The position numbers and the translations under genes were made by a program. This document shows, piece after piece, positions 38,714 to 49,080 of a stretch of 64,000 bases of DNA (the first letter of the stretch is position 1; every line of letters starts with the position of its first letter). The DNA comes from Ostreococcus lucimarinus. Taxonomy: Eukaryota. The notes beneath the pieces are model-generated. The model was given only the letters and a program-made list of their open reading frames with translations. It did not search any database and was not told the DNA's origin. Location: NCBI GenBank assembly GCA_000092065.1, contig CP000595.1. The stretch is one strand, 5' to 3'.

Positions 38714-39529
38714 CTACTGGCCGATTCTCAGCCCGATATAACTGCTCACACTCGGCGTATCCGCTTCGAACTGCCTGAACGAATCCACCATGACGTCGAA
38801 TATCTTGGAATTCTTTTCGTACGAAGCCGTCGGCGACTGCAACCGCAATTCGTACAGCTTCCCGTTCTCCGTCCCGAGCGCGCTTCGCAGCGTCCGATCC
38901 CACTCCAACGTCTGCGGTCGATCCTCCGCCGTCAACCCGTACTGATTCCTCGCGCTATAACTCGAAATCCTCACCTCCACGTCGTAATACACTTTCCCAT
39001 CGCTCTTCGTCCTTCGCCTCGCGTTTAAAATCTCCTTCTCTCGCCGCACCCCCAGCCGCGTCGACATCAGCTCGCCGACGTACTGTTCCAGCACCCTCTT
39101 CGCCGCGTCCTCCGCCGTTCCCAGATCTTCCACGCTCTCGTACGCGCTGCTCGACGGCGAGCTCACCGCGACGAACGCGTTCGTCTCGACCTCGCTCGCG
39201 TCTCGAAAAAACACGTCGTTCCCGCTCCCCCTGACCTCGACCCACGCGCTCGGTCGATCGAATCCGTACCCATCGATCGCGTCCGTGTACCGCGCGAATC
39301 CGATCGGCGGTCGTTCGAACGCGCGCGCGGGCGTCGCGATCGCGACGCGCGCCAGCGCCACCGCGCTCAGCGCCGCGCGCATCGCGTCGCGCCGCGTCGT
39401 CGTCGTCGTCGTCGTCGATCGCGATCGCGCGTCGCATCGCGCGACGACGGCGCGTTGGATCGCCGGCGCGCGTCGCGGCGTCGACGCGGGCGTCGCGCGA
39501 TGCGTCGCGATCGACGACGCGCGCGCCAT
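38714..39529 (-). CDS. PsbP-domain (PsbP-like/PPD) thylakoid-lumen protein
   Basis: DGYGFDRPSAWVEVRGSGNDVFFRDASEVETNAFVAVS...SVEDLGTAEDAAKRVLEQYV matches the PsbP fold pattern. Transit-like N-terminus. Confidence 0.6.
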   Translation of the reverse strand: MARASSIATHRATPASTPRRAPAIQRAVVARCDARSRSTTTTTTTRRDAMRAALSAVALARVAIATPARAFERPPIGFARYTDAIDGYGFDRPSAWVEVRGSGNDVFFRDASEVETNAFVAVSSPSSSAYESVEDLGTAEDAAKRVLEQYVGELMSTRLGVRREKEILNARRRTKSDGKVYYDVEVRISSYSARNQYGLTAEDRPQTLEWDRTLRSALGTENGKLYELRLQSPTASYEKNSKIFDVMVDSFRQFEADTPSVSSYIGLRIGQ

Positions 39530-39585
39530 GGCGCGCGAACGACGACGACGATCGTTCGCGCGTCGAGGATTGCCGACGACGATCG

Positions 39586-41001
39586 ATGCGTCGATCGCGC
39601 GCGACGCGCGCGCGACACTCGCGCGCGCTCGATCGCGCGATCGCGCGACGCGCGCGCATGTCGCGCGCCGGCGCGGACGCCGCGCGCGCGTCGCCGACGC
39701 GCGGGACGCACCGCGGCGACGCGATGGCGGTCGGTGACGACGCCGCGCGCGCGCTCTTCGCGTGGGGGTGCGGCGAGGACGGGCAGCTCGGGCTCGACGA
39801 CGCGCGGTCGACGGCGCGCGAACGATGCGCGGCGTCGCCGCGGCGCGTGGCGCTGGAGGCGACGACGCCGGCGTCGGCGTCGCGGCGGGGCGAGGCGACG
39901 CCGCGCGCGCCGGCGTGCGGGTCGAGAAACTCGATGTGCGCGACGACGACGGGGGAGCTGTACGCGTGGGGGTGGAATTCGCACCGAGCGCTGTCGTTCG
40001 GGTGGCAGGAGTGCGACGCGCTGTTCGTGGACGCGCCGAGGCGAAGTCGACTCGAGGTGGGCGAGGGGGGGAGGCGGTTGGAGGTCGCGGCGGCGGCGAG
40101 CGGCGGATGGCACGCGCTGTGCGTGGACGCGGACGGCGCGGTTTGGGGGTGGGGTGGGAATGAGTACGCGCAAGCGGGGCGCGCGGACGCGGAGGCGGAG
40201 GCGCGGAGCGCGGCGATTCCGGATCGAGACTGGGCGCCGGCGCGGGCGTTGATTTCGCCGGCGCGGATGATTCCGCTCCCGTTCGCGGTGTCCGCGGTGT
40301 CGTGCGGAGGGATGAGCTCGTTCGCGCTCTTGCGCGACGGAAGGGTGTTCGAGTGGGGTCTGACGAGCGAAGAGGAGGAACCGCGAGAGGAACCCGCGCA
40401 CTTGCCGACGCTCGATAAACACGTCGTGGAGATCGCGGCGGGGAGCTTTCATTTGCTCATGCGCACGCGTAACGGCGAGGTACTGTCGTACGGGAACGGA
40501 ATGTACGGTCAGCTCGGACTCGGGGCGTTCAGCGCCGCGGATAAGCCTCGCGTGATTGAGACTTTCGGCCGCGTCGGCGTGGCGAAAATCGCGGCCGGCG
40601 GTTGGCACTCCGCCGCCGTCACCGCCGGCGGCTTACTGTACACTTGGGGACGCGGTGAGTACGGTCGACTCGGGCACGGCGACGACTGCAAGGACAAGGT
40701 CGTCCCGCAACTCGTCGACTTGGGCGAAGACGAATCAAACTTCATCGCCGACGTCGCCCTCGGCGGTTCGCACTCCTGCGCAATCACGTGCGAAGGTCAC
40801 GTCCTCAGTTGGGGGCGCAACACCTTAGGACGTCTCGGTCGAGTCGTTTCCGATCCATCCCCATCGTGCGGCCACCCCGGTCGCGTCGTTTTCCCGCCCC
40901 TCCCCGGCGGTAGATTTTGGCGCGTCGACAAAATTTCCTGCGGCGGCAGGCACACCCTCGCCGTCGCCGTCGCCGAAAACCTCCCATCCGCCGCCGCGTG
41001 A
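39586..41001 (+). CDS. RCC1-repeat (regulator of chromosome condensation-like beta-propeller) protein; start among ATGs at 39586/39658/39724
   Basis: Seven WG/YG...G.LG blades (LFAWGCGEDGQLGL, LYAWGWNSHRAL, VWGWGGNEYAQAG, VFEWGLTSE, VLSYGNGMYGQLGLG, LYTWGRGEYGRLGHGD, VLSWGRNTLGRLGR). Confidence 0.75.
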   Translation: MRRSRATRARHSRALDRAIARRARMSRAGADAARASPTRGTHRGDAMAVGDDAARALFAWGCGEDGQLGLDDARSTARERCAASPRRVALEATTPASASRRGEATPRAPACGSRNSMCATTTGELYAWGWNSHRALSFGWQECDALFVDAPRRSRLEVGEGGRRLEVAAAASGGWHALCVDADGAVWGWGGNEYAQAGRADAEAEARSAAIPDRDWAPARALISPARMIPLPFAVSAVSCGGMSSFALLRDGRVFEWGLTSEEEEPREEPAHLPTLDKHVVEIAAGSFHLLMRTRNGEVLSYGNGMYGQLGLGAFSAADKPRVIETFGRVGVAKIAAGGWHSAAVTAGGLLYTWGRGEYGRLGHGDDCKDKVVPQLVDLGEDESNFIADVALGGSHSCAITCEGHVLSWGRNTLGRLGRVVSDPSPSCGHPGRVVFPPLPGGRFWRVDKISCGGRHTLAVAVAENLPSAAA

Positions 41002-41258
41002 TCGCGCGCGCTTCTCTTCTCCGTGTAATCACACGCGCGCGCACAATTTAGCCCTCTTTTTTGCTCGCCGTCGCGCTTCTCCGCGCCGCGAGCGTCCCGC
41101 GCCCTCCGTCGCGTCGGCGTCGCCGTCTCCGGCGCGATCCACCGCCTCACCTAAGAAGGTCGACGTCACGGCGTCAAAAAGCGCCGCCTTCGTCGCCCCT
41201 TCGTCGCGCGACGCGCGCGATCGCGGTCGAAACGCTCGAATCGAGCGAAACGCGCGCG

Positions 41259-43910
41259 ATGGCGTTCGACGACGCGTCGCGCGTCGCGCCGCAGCCGCAG
41301 CGCGCCGAGCGCGACGGCGACGACGCTTCGGTCGTCGGTCCGGGACGAAAAGCGCAATCGCTCCAAACGAAGGATTCGTCGAGCGAACGGACGCGAACGG
41401 GCGTCGCGAACCGAGTGAATGGGTACTTTGGCGCGAAGTTTCATCGCCTCGGGCGATTGAGCGCGTCGAGACCTTGGACGGTGATGCTGTGCTCGATGTT
41501 GTTTTGCATCTTGTGCGCCGTCGGCTTGGGGGCGCCGGGATTGAAGAATGAAAAGCGCGGCGATAAGCTTTGGGTGCCGACCGATACGCCGGCGCAGGGG
41601 GATAAGAATTACGTCGATGCGAATTTTGGCTCGGAGACGCGCTTCGCGCAGGTGATTTTACGATCGACGACGAACGGGGCGAACGTGCTCACGCCGACGG
41701 GGTTGGCGGCGCTGGAGAACGTCGCGGCGCGAGTGCGGAACGCGAATATCGCGTGGGAAGGTGCGACGTATACTTATGCGCAACACTGTTACAAAATGGG
41801 GGCGACGTGCTACGAAAAGAGCGTGCTGAACGCGTTTGCGAACGCCACGGCGTACGGGTCGCAGTCGCTAATCGACGCGGCGCTGAGCGCGTCCCCGTTG
41901 ACCAGCGAGAACCCCAACGATGGATCTACGGTGTTGTTGAAGAACGTCGCCGGTGGAATAACCATGACTGGTGCCGTGCCGAGCGCCTCGGCGATTTCTC
42001 TGACGTACTTGTTCAAGAATAACGACGTGCTGAGGAACGGAGATTACGTCGATGAAAAGGGCGACGCGTTTGATAGCGTCGTGCTCGATATTTTCGCCAA
42101 TCCTCCGTCCGGTTTCAGCGCTTCATACGTCACCGAACGATCATTTTCCGACGAATTTGGCAGCACAATTCAAAGTGATTTGCAAAAGCTTCAAATCGCG
42201 CTGTTTTTGATTCTCGCCTACGCCGCGCTCACGCTCAGCAAATGGAACATGGGATGCGTCGGCTCTCGAGTGGGCGTCACTCTCGCGGGTATCGTCTCCA
42301 TCGGCATGGCCATCGCATCTGCGTACGGCATCGGTGCTTATTGTGGTCTCTTCTTCTCGCCGTTGATGAATGTTCTGCCGTTCTTATTGCTCGGCATCGG
42401 CGTCGACGACATGTTTGTCATCGTAAACTCGTACGACAACACGGAGGCGCGCGTCGACCCGGTCGAACGCATGGGGCGGTCTTTGCGAGTCGCCGGGATG
42501 AGCATCACGGTCACATCGGCCACGGATGTCATCGCCTTTCTCATCGGTTCGTCCACGTCGTTGCCAGCGTTGAAGAACTTTTGCTTCTACGCGGCGCTCG
42601 GCATCTTCTTTGACTATCTCTACCAAATCACCTTCTTCACCGCTTTCTTGTCCATCGACGAGCGAAGAAAGAGCGAAAACAAAGCCGACTGCTTCTTTTG
42701 CTTGGACTGCCCTCCCGAGGCGTGCTGCGTGTGCTGTACGCCGAAAAAAATGCCGAAGTCATTGCTGCAAATCGCTTTGGGCGATGGTCTCGGTAAGCAA
42801 CTCGGAAAGAAGCCCGTCAAAATTTTTGTCCTCGCGTTCTTCTCCGCCATCACCGTCGGCGGCATCATCGGTTCGACGAAGATGCAAGTCGATGCGGACG
42901 TGAACAATTTCATCCCAGATGGATCATACTTGAAGAACTGGTTCGCCGACACAGACGCGTACTTTACCGAGTACGGTGACGCGGTCGAGATCTACTCCAA
43001 GAGCACGCTCGATTTGACGACGGAAGATTCCATCTTGCGCGCCGCCACGGCGGCGTTTACGGCGAATCCGTACGTCATCAACGAATCCGTTCGTTCTTGG
43101 GTTGACGACTTTTACACATATCACACCACTACCAATGGCGTGACCGTGACGTCGCTCAACTATATCCCATCGCTCAAGACCTGGCTCAGCACCGCTGCTG
43201 GGTCTCAGTACAAAAACGACGTCGTGTTTGACGACGAGACGTCGCCGACGGCCATCGTCAGCACGCGAATTCACGGCAACCACATAAAGACGGACAAGTC
43301 GAACGTCAACGTGCAGGCGATGGATACGTTGCGCGCCGCGATTAACGCTGTCAGTGGTAACAACGGTCGAATTTTCGCCTTTGGTAGTCAGTGGTTGAAT
43401 TACGAGCAGTACAAGTCGATCACGAGCGAAGCCATCAGGAATATTTCCATCACTCTCGCGGCGTGCTTCGTCATCATCGCCATGCTCGTCATCGAGATTA
43501 AAACCGTCGTGAGCGTGTCCTTGGCGCTGACGATGATTTTTGTCAACATCGTCGGTTACATGCACTTCTGGGGTCTCACCATCGATTCCGTGACCGTCAT
43601 CATGCTCGTCATCGCTCTCGGACTCGCCGTCGATTACTCGGCGCACATCGGTCGCGCGTACTTGGAAAAGACTGGCACCCCGGACGAACGCATCGTTCGC
43701 ACGCTCCAGGACATGGGTGTCGCCGTCTGGAACGGTGCGATGTCCACCTTCATGGCTGTTCTCATCCTCGGCTCCTCCGATTCGTACGTCTTCCAAACCT
43801 TTTTCAAGCAGCTCTTCCTGTGCATCGTCCTCGGCTTGATGCACGGCTTGATCTTCCTTCCGGTGGTGCTCTCCATGTTGCGTCCCGCCGCGTACGCCGA
43901 GGCCACGTGA
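41259..43910 (+). CDS. Patched/NPC1/Dispatched-family (sterol-sensing-domain, RND-like) membrane protein
   Basis: LLGIGVDDMFVIVNSYDNTE is the SSD/Patched motif. Two six-TM bundles. The track start at 41061 is TTG; the first ATG is at 41259 (MAFDDASRV). Confidence 0.75.
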   Translation: MAFDDASRVAPQPQRAERDGDDASVVGPGRKAQSLQTKDSSSERTRTGVANRVNGYFGAKFHRLGRLSASRPWTVMLCSMLFCILCAVGLGAPGLKNEKRGDKLWVPTDTPAQGDKNYVDANFGSETRFAQVILRSTTNGANVLTPTGLAALENVAARVRNANIAWEGATYTYAQHCYKMGATCYEKSVLNAFANATAYGSQSLIDAALSASPLTSENPNDGSTVLLKNVAGGITMTGAVPSASAISLTYLFKNNDVLRNGDYVDEKGDAFDSVVLDIFANPPSGFSASYVTERSFSDEFGSTIQSDLQKLQIALFLILAYAALTLSKWNMGCVGSRVGVTLAGIVSIGMAIASAYGIGAYCGLFFSPLMNVLPFLLLGIGVDDMFVIVNSYDNTEARVDPVERMGRSLRVAGMSITVTSATDVIAFLIGSSTSLPALKNFCFYAALGIFFDYLYQITFFTAFLSIDERRKSENKADCFFCLDCPPEACCVCCTPKKMPKSLLQIALGDGLGKQLGKKPVKIFVLAFFSAITVGGIIGSTKMQVDADVNNFIPDGSYLKNWFADTDAYFTEYGDAVEIYSKSTLDLTTEDSILRAATAAFTANPYVINESVRSWVDDFYTYHTTTNGVTVTSLNYIPSLKTWLSTAAGSQYKNDVVFDDETSPTAIVSTRIHGNHIKTDKSNVNVQAMDTLRAAINAVSGNNGRIFAFGSQWLNYEQYKSITSEAIRNISITLAACFVIIAMLVIEIKTVVSVSLALTMIFVNIVGYMHFWGLTIDSVTVIMLVIALGLAVDYSAHIGRAYLEKTGTPDERIVRTLQDMGVAVWNGAMSTFMAVLILGSSDSYVFQTFFKQLFLCIVLGLMHGLIFLPVVLSMLRPAAYAEAT

Positions 43911-44026
43911 CCGAGCTCACCGAAATAATCTTATTCTTTCGCATGCTTTCGTGCAATTTGTTCCGTTATCTCCGTGTAAAATCACTCCGACATATAGAAC
44001 GACCTCACCACTCGCGCTCGCTCGAC

Positions 44027-44059
44027 GACCGACCGACCGACCGACCGACCGACCGACCG
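44027..44059. repeat. (CCGA)n microsatellite, about 8 units
   Basis: gaccgaccgaccgaccgaccgaccgaccgacc in the intergenic region after the Patched gene. Confidence 0.8.
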
Positions 44060-44105
44060 CGTCACTTCGCGCCCCACGGCGTCGGCTTCGTCGCCGGCGC
44101 GCGCG

Positions 44106-46169
44106 ATGCGCACGGCTTCGTCGACTTCGTCGGCGTCGCGCCGCGCGTCCCTGTCTCTCTCGCGCGCGTCGTCGGCGACGGTTCGCGCGGCGAACCGACG
44201 TTGCGATCGTCATAACGGTGTCGTTCGTTCGCTCGAACGCGCGCGCGGAAGCGCGCACGCGACGCGCGCGACGCCGCGATCGGGCGATCGGGCGACGTTT
44301 ACGGATGCGTACGCGGTGGACGCGAGCTTCGGTGGCTCGCTGGACGCGTCGTCGGATCGATGGGACGGAACGGCGCTGTCGTGGAGCTCTGAGATGGATT
44401 ACGACGAGGAGTTCGGCGCGCCGTGGTGGACGCCCGAACGCGTCGCGCGCGTGGGACGAACGATAGAAAGCGCGGTGAATGACACGATGCGAGAGTGGCC
44501 GGACGAAGGGTTGACGGTCGAGAGATTGGTGGAGACGCTCGTGTCGAGAGGGGCGCTTCGCGCGGATGAGCGCGCGGCGCTCAGGCAGCGCGCGAAACGC
44601 GTCGGCGAGGATTGGACGCGGTATGCGCAAGCCGAGGATCGCGCGGTCTTAAAGCTACGAAGGAAGTTGGTAAAGGGCGAGGACATTCGCGCGAATGCGT
44701 TGAAGCTGCCGAAAATCGACTCGACGTCGATAAAAGATTGGACCAAGTCGGATTGGGAACGCTTCTTCAAGGTGGTTTTGGCGTCCGTCATCGGCGGTGC
44801 CGCGTTATTTGCGAGCGGAGGGACCGCGACACCGGCGCTAGTGGCGGCAATGCACGGACTCGGGCTCGGTGCTGAAGCGTTTTCAGCGTTCGGTGGTTTG
44901 CAATGTATGCTCGGCGTCACCGGCGCGTCGCTGTGCGCGCAAAAGATGGCGAATCGCACCAAGACTGAGCTTGAAAACTTCGACCTCATACCGCTTCGCG
45001 GCGCGCATAAATCGTATGCCATGCATATATTCGTTCCTGGGTTTACGCGCGACGACCATGACTTATTAGGCGCTTGGGGTGCGACGAACAACCAATACGT
45101 CTCCGTCGTGCCGGAATCCCGTTCCGTCGTCCCCGACCTGGGCATCGAGTTCACGAGTGGCGCAGATGGATCGATCATCGTACAGGCGAAAGACGATTCA
45201 ATCGCCAAGCGTCATGGTGTTGTTTCTGGAAGCACTCTGCTGTCTTATCGATCGGTTAAAAAACCTGGCGAGCCGAGTGTCGTGCTCTCCGAACTCGTCG
45301 ACATGCCGACGTCTGACGAATTGTCGCGAGTGCCGCGCCCAATCGAGATTCGACTGCAGCTCCCCGATCGCGATGATGAGCTGAAGAAAGAAATGAGCGA
45401 GCTCGCGAACGAAATCAAGTCTCAAGTCGGTAATCATAGCAAGGAAGAACACTTGCCGACCGCTGAAGCGGCTATTCGACCCGAGCAACGGCGCTGGGGC
45501 AATCGCACGGGCGAGCAACTCGTGTTGAATTGGGAGCCGTCTACACTCAATGAACTCGGCGCGTGCATGACATCCTGGAACGAGACGTGCACCGTCAACT
45601 TTTACTTAACGCCCGCAGCGTTGGCTAAGACTGCGCTCGGAGGGATCGCTGACGCTATCGCTTGGCCGGCGACGCTTCTCTCGAGCGCGGGTTTCATCGA
45701 CGATCCTTGGGCTTTGGTCAAACTGCGCGGAAAAATCGCGGGCGAAGAACTCGCGCAGAGCTTGTTAGATGGCCAGCATGGTCATCGACCGGTGACGTTC
45801 GTCGCGTACAGCGCCGGTGCTTACGTCGTTCAGAGCTGCTTGCAAAAGTTGTACGAAGCCGGCGACAGAGGCAAGAACATCGTCGACCGCGCAATCTTCA
45901 TCTCGGCGCCGATTTCTACGTCCAAGGACGTTTGGCAGCCGATGCGTGAGGTCGTCTCCGGTCGTCTCGTTAACGTCCACTGCCACACGGATTGGATTTT
46001 GCTTCTCATGTGGCGCTTCAACATGCTCGATCCCATGACCAGACTCGCGGGCTTGTCCATCGTCAAGCGCGTGCCGAGCGTGGAAAACTACAACATTAAA
46101 AATCTCCGTCACGCGCATCTCCCCGACGAAATCTCGCGCGTGCTCGAGGAAATCGACCTTCAAGAGTAA
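44106..46169 (+). CDS. DUF726/TMCO4-like alpha/beta-hydrolase-type membrane protein; start uncertain
   Basis: C-terminal block VTFVAYSAGAYVVQSCLQKLYEAGDRGKNIVDRAIFISAPISTSKDVWQPMREVVSGRLVNVHCHTDWIL is the DUF726 GxSxG region. Confidence 0.5.
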   Translation: MRTASSTSSASRRASLSLSRASSATVRAANRRCDRHNGVVRSLERARGSAHATRATPRSGDRATFTDAYAVDASFGGSLDASSDRWDGTALSWSSEMDYDEEFGAPWWTPERVARVGRTIESAVNDTMREWPDEGLTVERLVETLVSRGALRADERAALRQRAKRVGEDWTRYAQAEDRAVLKLRRKLVKGEDIRANALKLPKIDSTSIKDWTKSDWERFFKVVLASVIGGAALFASGGTATPALVAAMHGLGLGAEAFSAFGGLQCMLGVTGASLCAQKMANRTKTELENFDLIPLRGAHKSYAMHIFVPGFTRDDHDLLGAWGATNNQYVSVVPESRSVVPDLGIEFTSGADGSIIVQAKDDSIAKRHGVVSGSTLLSYRSVKKPGEPSVVLSELVDMPTSDELSRVPRPIEIRLQLPDRDDELKKEMSELANEIKSQVGNHSKEEHLPTAEAAIRPEQRRWGNRTGEQLVLNWEPSTLNELGACMTSWNETCTVNFYLTPAALAKTALGGIADAIAWPATLLSSAGFIDDPWALVKLRGKIAGEELAQSLLDGQHGHRPVTFVAYSAGAYVVQSCLQKLYEAGDRGKNIVDRAIFISAPISTSKDVWQPMREVVSGRLVNVHCHTDWILLLMWRFNMLDPMTRLAGLSIVKRVPSVENYNIKNLRHAHLPDEISRVLEEIDLQE

Positions 46170-46297
46170 ATATTCCTGTAATTCCTGTAATAACGATGCA
46201 CTGACCCTCGCCGCCGCGCGTTTCGCTTTGCCTCGAGTCGGCGTCCGCGGCGAGCCCACACTTCGTGCGGCGTCCCCACACTTCGTGCCGTCGCGCC

Positions 46298-47485
46298 ATG
46301 CCGCGAATCGTCGGGCTCGGCGACCCCGTGACTGATGTGGTGTATCACGCATCTCGCGACGCGATCGTCGCGCTGTTGCGCGACGCGCACGACGCACACG
46401 ACGCGGATGAAGTTGAAATCGGCGGCTGCGTCCCAGTGTCCGCGCGCGAGCTGCGCGCGCTCGTGCGCGCGATTCCCGAGCGCGACGCCGTCGTGAGCCC
46501 CGGCGGAAGCGCGGCGAACGTTCTCAAAGGCATCGCACAGTGCGCGGCCGACGATGCGAGCTCGACGACGTCGTGCGTGTTCGTAGGGACCGTGGACGGG
46601 CGGGACGACGTCGGCGCGGCGTACGGGGACGCGCTGCGACGCGCGAGAGTTGAATCGGCGCTCATGGCGTACGAAGGCGATGATGCGAGCGATGCAGAGG
46701 GAGAAAATGGAATAATTGGAAGCGCGCGATGCGTGTGCTTGGTGGACGATCGAGGGCAGAGAACGATGCGGACGTATTTGGGGGCGTCGGCGAAGACGCG
46801 AGCGGACGATTTGCCGAGCGAGGCGTTGCGCTCGGCGGATGTGTTGCACGCGGAGGGGTACGCGCTGTATAAACCGGATGTTTTAGCGCGCGCGTGCGCG
46901 CTGGCCAAGGAAAACGGCGCGCTCGTGAGCTTAGATTTGGCGTCGTTTGAGGTTGTGAGGCACTGTCGAGACGCGCTGCGCGAGACGCTCGAGTCGGGCG
47001 TCGTCGACGTGATATTTTGCAACGAAGACGAGGCGCGCGAACTCGTGCGTGGAATCGACGACGACGGCTGCGCGCGCGCGCAGGAGTCGCATCCGCAGTT
47101 GAACGGGCGCGACGTCGAGCGACCGAGCGAGGAAACCGAGTTGGCGGCTTTGGCGTATTTATTGCGTTACGTCAAACTGGCCGTGTGTTCTCGCGGCAAG
47201 CGCGGGTGCGTCGCGATGAACGCTGAAGGCGAGCGAAGCGAATCTCGCGCCGAAGGCGTGGAAGCGATCGACACCACGGGCGCGGGAGACACGTTCACGA
47301 GCGGGTTCTTGCACGCCTATCTCGCCGGTGGATCGTTGCGACAGTGCGGCGACGCCGGTTGCGCCGCGGGGGCAGAGGTCGTTCAAGTTCGCGGCGCGGA
47401 GATGGACGACGATCGCTGGCGTCGCGTGCGCGAAAAGATTGCGATAATTTTAGGCAAGGAGCGCTCACCGAGCGCGACGATGTAG
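46298..47485 (+). CDS. PfkB-family carbohydrate/nucleoside kinase (ribokinase/adenosine-kinase-like)
   Basis: SPGGSAANVLKGIAQ is the N-terminal motif. DTTGAGDTFTSGFLHAYLAG is PfkB signature 2. The track start is GTG; the first ATG is at 46298 (MPRIVGLGDP). Confidence 0.75.
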   Translation: MPRIVGLGDPVTDVVYHASRDAIVALLRDAHDAHDADEVEIGGCVPVSARELRALVRAIPERDAVVSPGGSAANVLKGIAQCAADDASSTTSCVFVGTVDGRDDVGAAYGDALRRARVESALMAYEGDDASDAEGENGIIGSARCVCLVDDRGQRTMRTYLGASAKTRADDLPSEALRSADVLHAEGYALYKPDVLARACALAKENGALVSLDLASFEVVRHCRDALRETLESGVVDVIFCNEDEARELVRGIDDDGCARAQESHPQLNGRDVERPSEETELAALAYLLRYVKLAVCSRGKRGCVAMNAEGERSESRAEGVEAIDTTGAGDTFTSGFLHAYLAGGSLRQCGDAGCAAGAEVVQVRGAEMDDDRWRRVREKIAIILGKERSPSATM

Positions 47486-47571
47486 CGTTAGCGATAAAAA
47501 TCTGGTTGTCGTGTTGTTATTGATTCATCATCACGAAATTCGGCCCCAAAGTACTTCACGCGTTCTCTCGT

Positions 47572-48879
47572 TCAGATCGCGAAGGTGCCGACGGGTTCTC
47601 GTTGTCGATATTTGCGCGCTCGAAGGTGCCTCTGGTAGCACGCCGTGCACACGGTGTGTTCGCCAGACTTGCGCCACTGCGATGATTGCTTCGTGCGGTC
47701 GCACGACGGACAGTGCCGCGGCGGCGCGGAGCTCGGCTTTTGCGCCTTTTTCCCGCCGTTTTTGTGCGGCGGCATGCGCTTGCGAGGCGCGCCGGCGGCG
47801 TTCAAATCCGGGTGATTCGCGCGGTCGCTGAAACACTGGTGACACGTCCACACGGGTTCGCCCTCGGGCCCGGTTTCTTTCGATCGGTACCATCGCACGT
47901 CGGGCTCGGTGCGCTTCGCCTTTCGGCAATCCGCGCACGTTCGTTCGTCGCGCAGTTTCCGCATGCGATTCTTCGTTCGGTGATAGCACTTGTGGCAGCA
48001 CTTCCCCCCCGCCGCCGCGTCCTCCGACGGGTCGCTCACCAACAGCATCCCGTTCGCGGAATTCCCGCACTTTTCGCACCGCGTCAGCGCGCCCTCGTTC
48101 TTTCTCCGCTCCTTCCGCGCGCGCTCGTAGCACTTCGCGCACCGCGTCCCGAGCGCGCCGCCCTCGCGCCCCGTCGCCGCGGTCCCCCGCGCGGGATCGT
48201 CCGCCGCCACGCGCACCCACTCCCCCCTGCACTTCGTCTCCCCGCACTCCACGCACGCCCGCACGACGCCGTCGACGACGTGCTCCGTCGTCGCGTTCCT
48301 CTTTCTCCGCTCTCTCTGAAAGCACGCCTTGCACCGAAACCGCGTCGCGTCGCCCCCCCCGTCATCCATCCTTCGCCATCTCGACGTCTTCTCCGCCCCG
48401 CACGTCTCGCACGCCCGCCCATCCGTCGCCGGTGGTGCGCGCTTCTCCGTCCTCTGCCCCGGCGTCCCTCGCGCGCCCTCCGCGGTCGCCGCCGGTCGTT
48501 TCCGCGGCGTCCCGGTCGCGCGTCCCGGTCGCGCGTCGAGCGACCCGAGTCTCGCCGTCGTCTCGCGCGTCGTCGCCTGCACGCGCGCGCGATCGTCGCT
48601 CGGCGCGCGCACCGAAGCGACGAGCGAGCGCTCGCGCGTCGCGCGGCGCGACATCGTTGTCGACGGATCGCGCGCCGGGGCGTCGAGAGTCGCGCGCGTC
48701 CGTGTGTGGATCGCGCAACGGTCGAATGCGATCGATGGATGCGATCGATGCGATCGATCGATCGATCGACGCGAGGCGACGGCGCGATGCGGATGATTCG
48801 GACGCGCGAATCCCATCGTTCGCGCGCGCGCGCGTTCGCGCGTTCGCGCGTTCGCGCATTCGCGCGCATGCACTCGCAT
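47572..48879 (-). CDS. Protein with five tandem GATA-type (CX2CX17-20CX2C) zinc fingers; putative transcription factor
   Basis: CETCGAEKTSRWRR...CKAC; CVECGETKCRGEW...CAKC; CEKCGNSANG...CHKC; CADCRKAKRTEPDVRWYR...CHQC; CPSCDRTKQSSQWRKSGEHTVCTAC. The last is the most GATA-canonical (T..WR...G..C.AC). ATG at 48877-48879. Confidence 0.6.
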   Translation of the reverse strand: MRVHARECANARTRERARARTMGFARPNHPHRAVASRRSIDRSHRSHPSIAFDRCAIHTRTRATLDAPARDPSTTMSRRATRERSLVASVRAPSDDRARVQATTRETTARLGSLDARPGRATGTPRKRPAATAEGARGTPGQRTEKRAPPATDGRACETCGAEKTSRWRRMDDGGGDATRFRCKACFQRERRKRNATTEHVVDGVVRACVECGETKCRGEWVRVAADDPARGTAATGREGGALGTRCAKCYERARKERRKNEGALTRCEKCGNSANGMLLVSDPSEDAAAGGKCCHKCYHRTKNRMRKLRDERTCADCRKAKRTEPDVRWYRSKETGPEGEPVWTCHQCFSDRANHPDLNAAGAPRKRMPPHKNGGKKAQKPSSAPPRHCPSCDRTKQSSQWRKSGEHTVCTACYQRHLRARKYRQREPVGTFAI

Positions 48880-48928
48880 TCATCCGAGGGGGACGACGAC
48901 GGACGACTGTGTCGTTGTATCATCGGGT

Positions 48929-49080
48929 ACGAAGCCCTTGGTATATGACCCAGTGCGTCGTATACGGTCACGGTTTTCGCTATGTATCGAAAATCAGGGT
49001 TACGAAGCCCTCGGTATGTGACCCAGTGCGTCGTATACGGGCACGAATATCGCTGTGTATACGGACACGAAAATCAGGGT
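48929..49080. repeat. Imperfect tandem duplication, 2 x about 75 bp, in the divergent GATA-ZnF/SEL1L promoter
   Basis: tacgaagccctTggtatAtgacccagtgcgtcgtatacggTcacg...aaaatcagggt repeated as tacgaagccctCggtatGtgacccagtgcgtcgtatacggGcacg...aaaatcagggt. Confidence 0.75.

Noticed and set aside
39367-40608. 413-aa minus ORF, a 471-aa-scale Arg-rich ORF antisense to the RCC1 gene. Similar long antisense ORFs occur at 34971..36032, 36052..36924, 47686..48948, 49081..50083 and 31734..32645.
   Set aside because: Poly-Arg/Ala composition. The sense strands carry recognisable domains (RCC1 blades, GHMP kinase, DUF4336-like, GATA fingers, Sel1 repeats).
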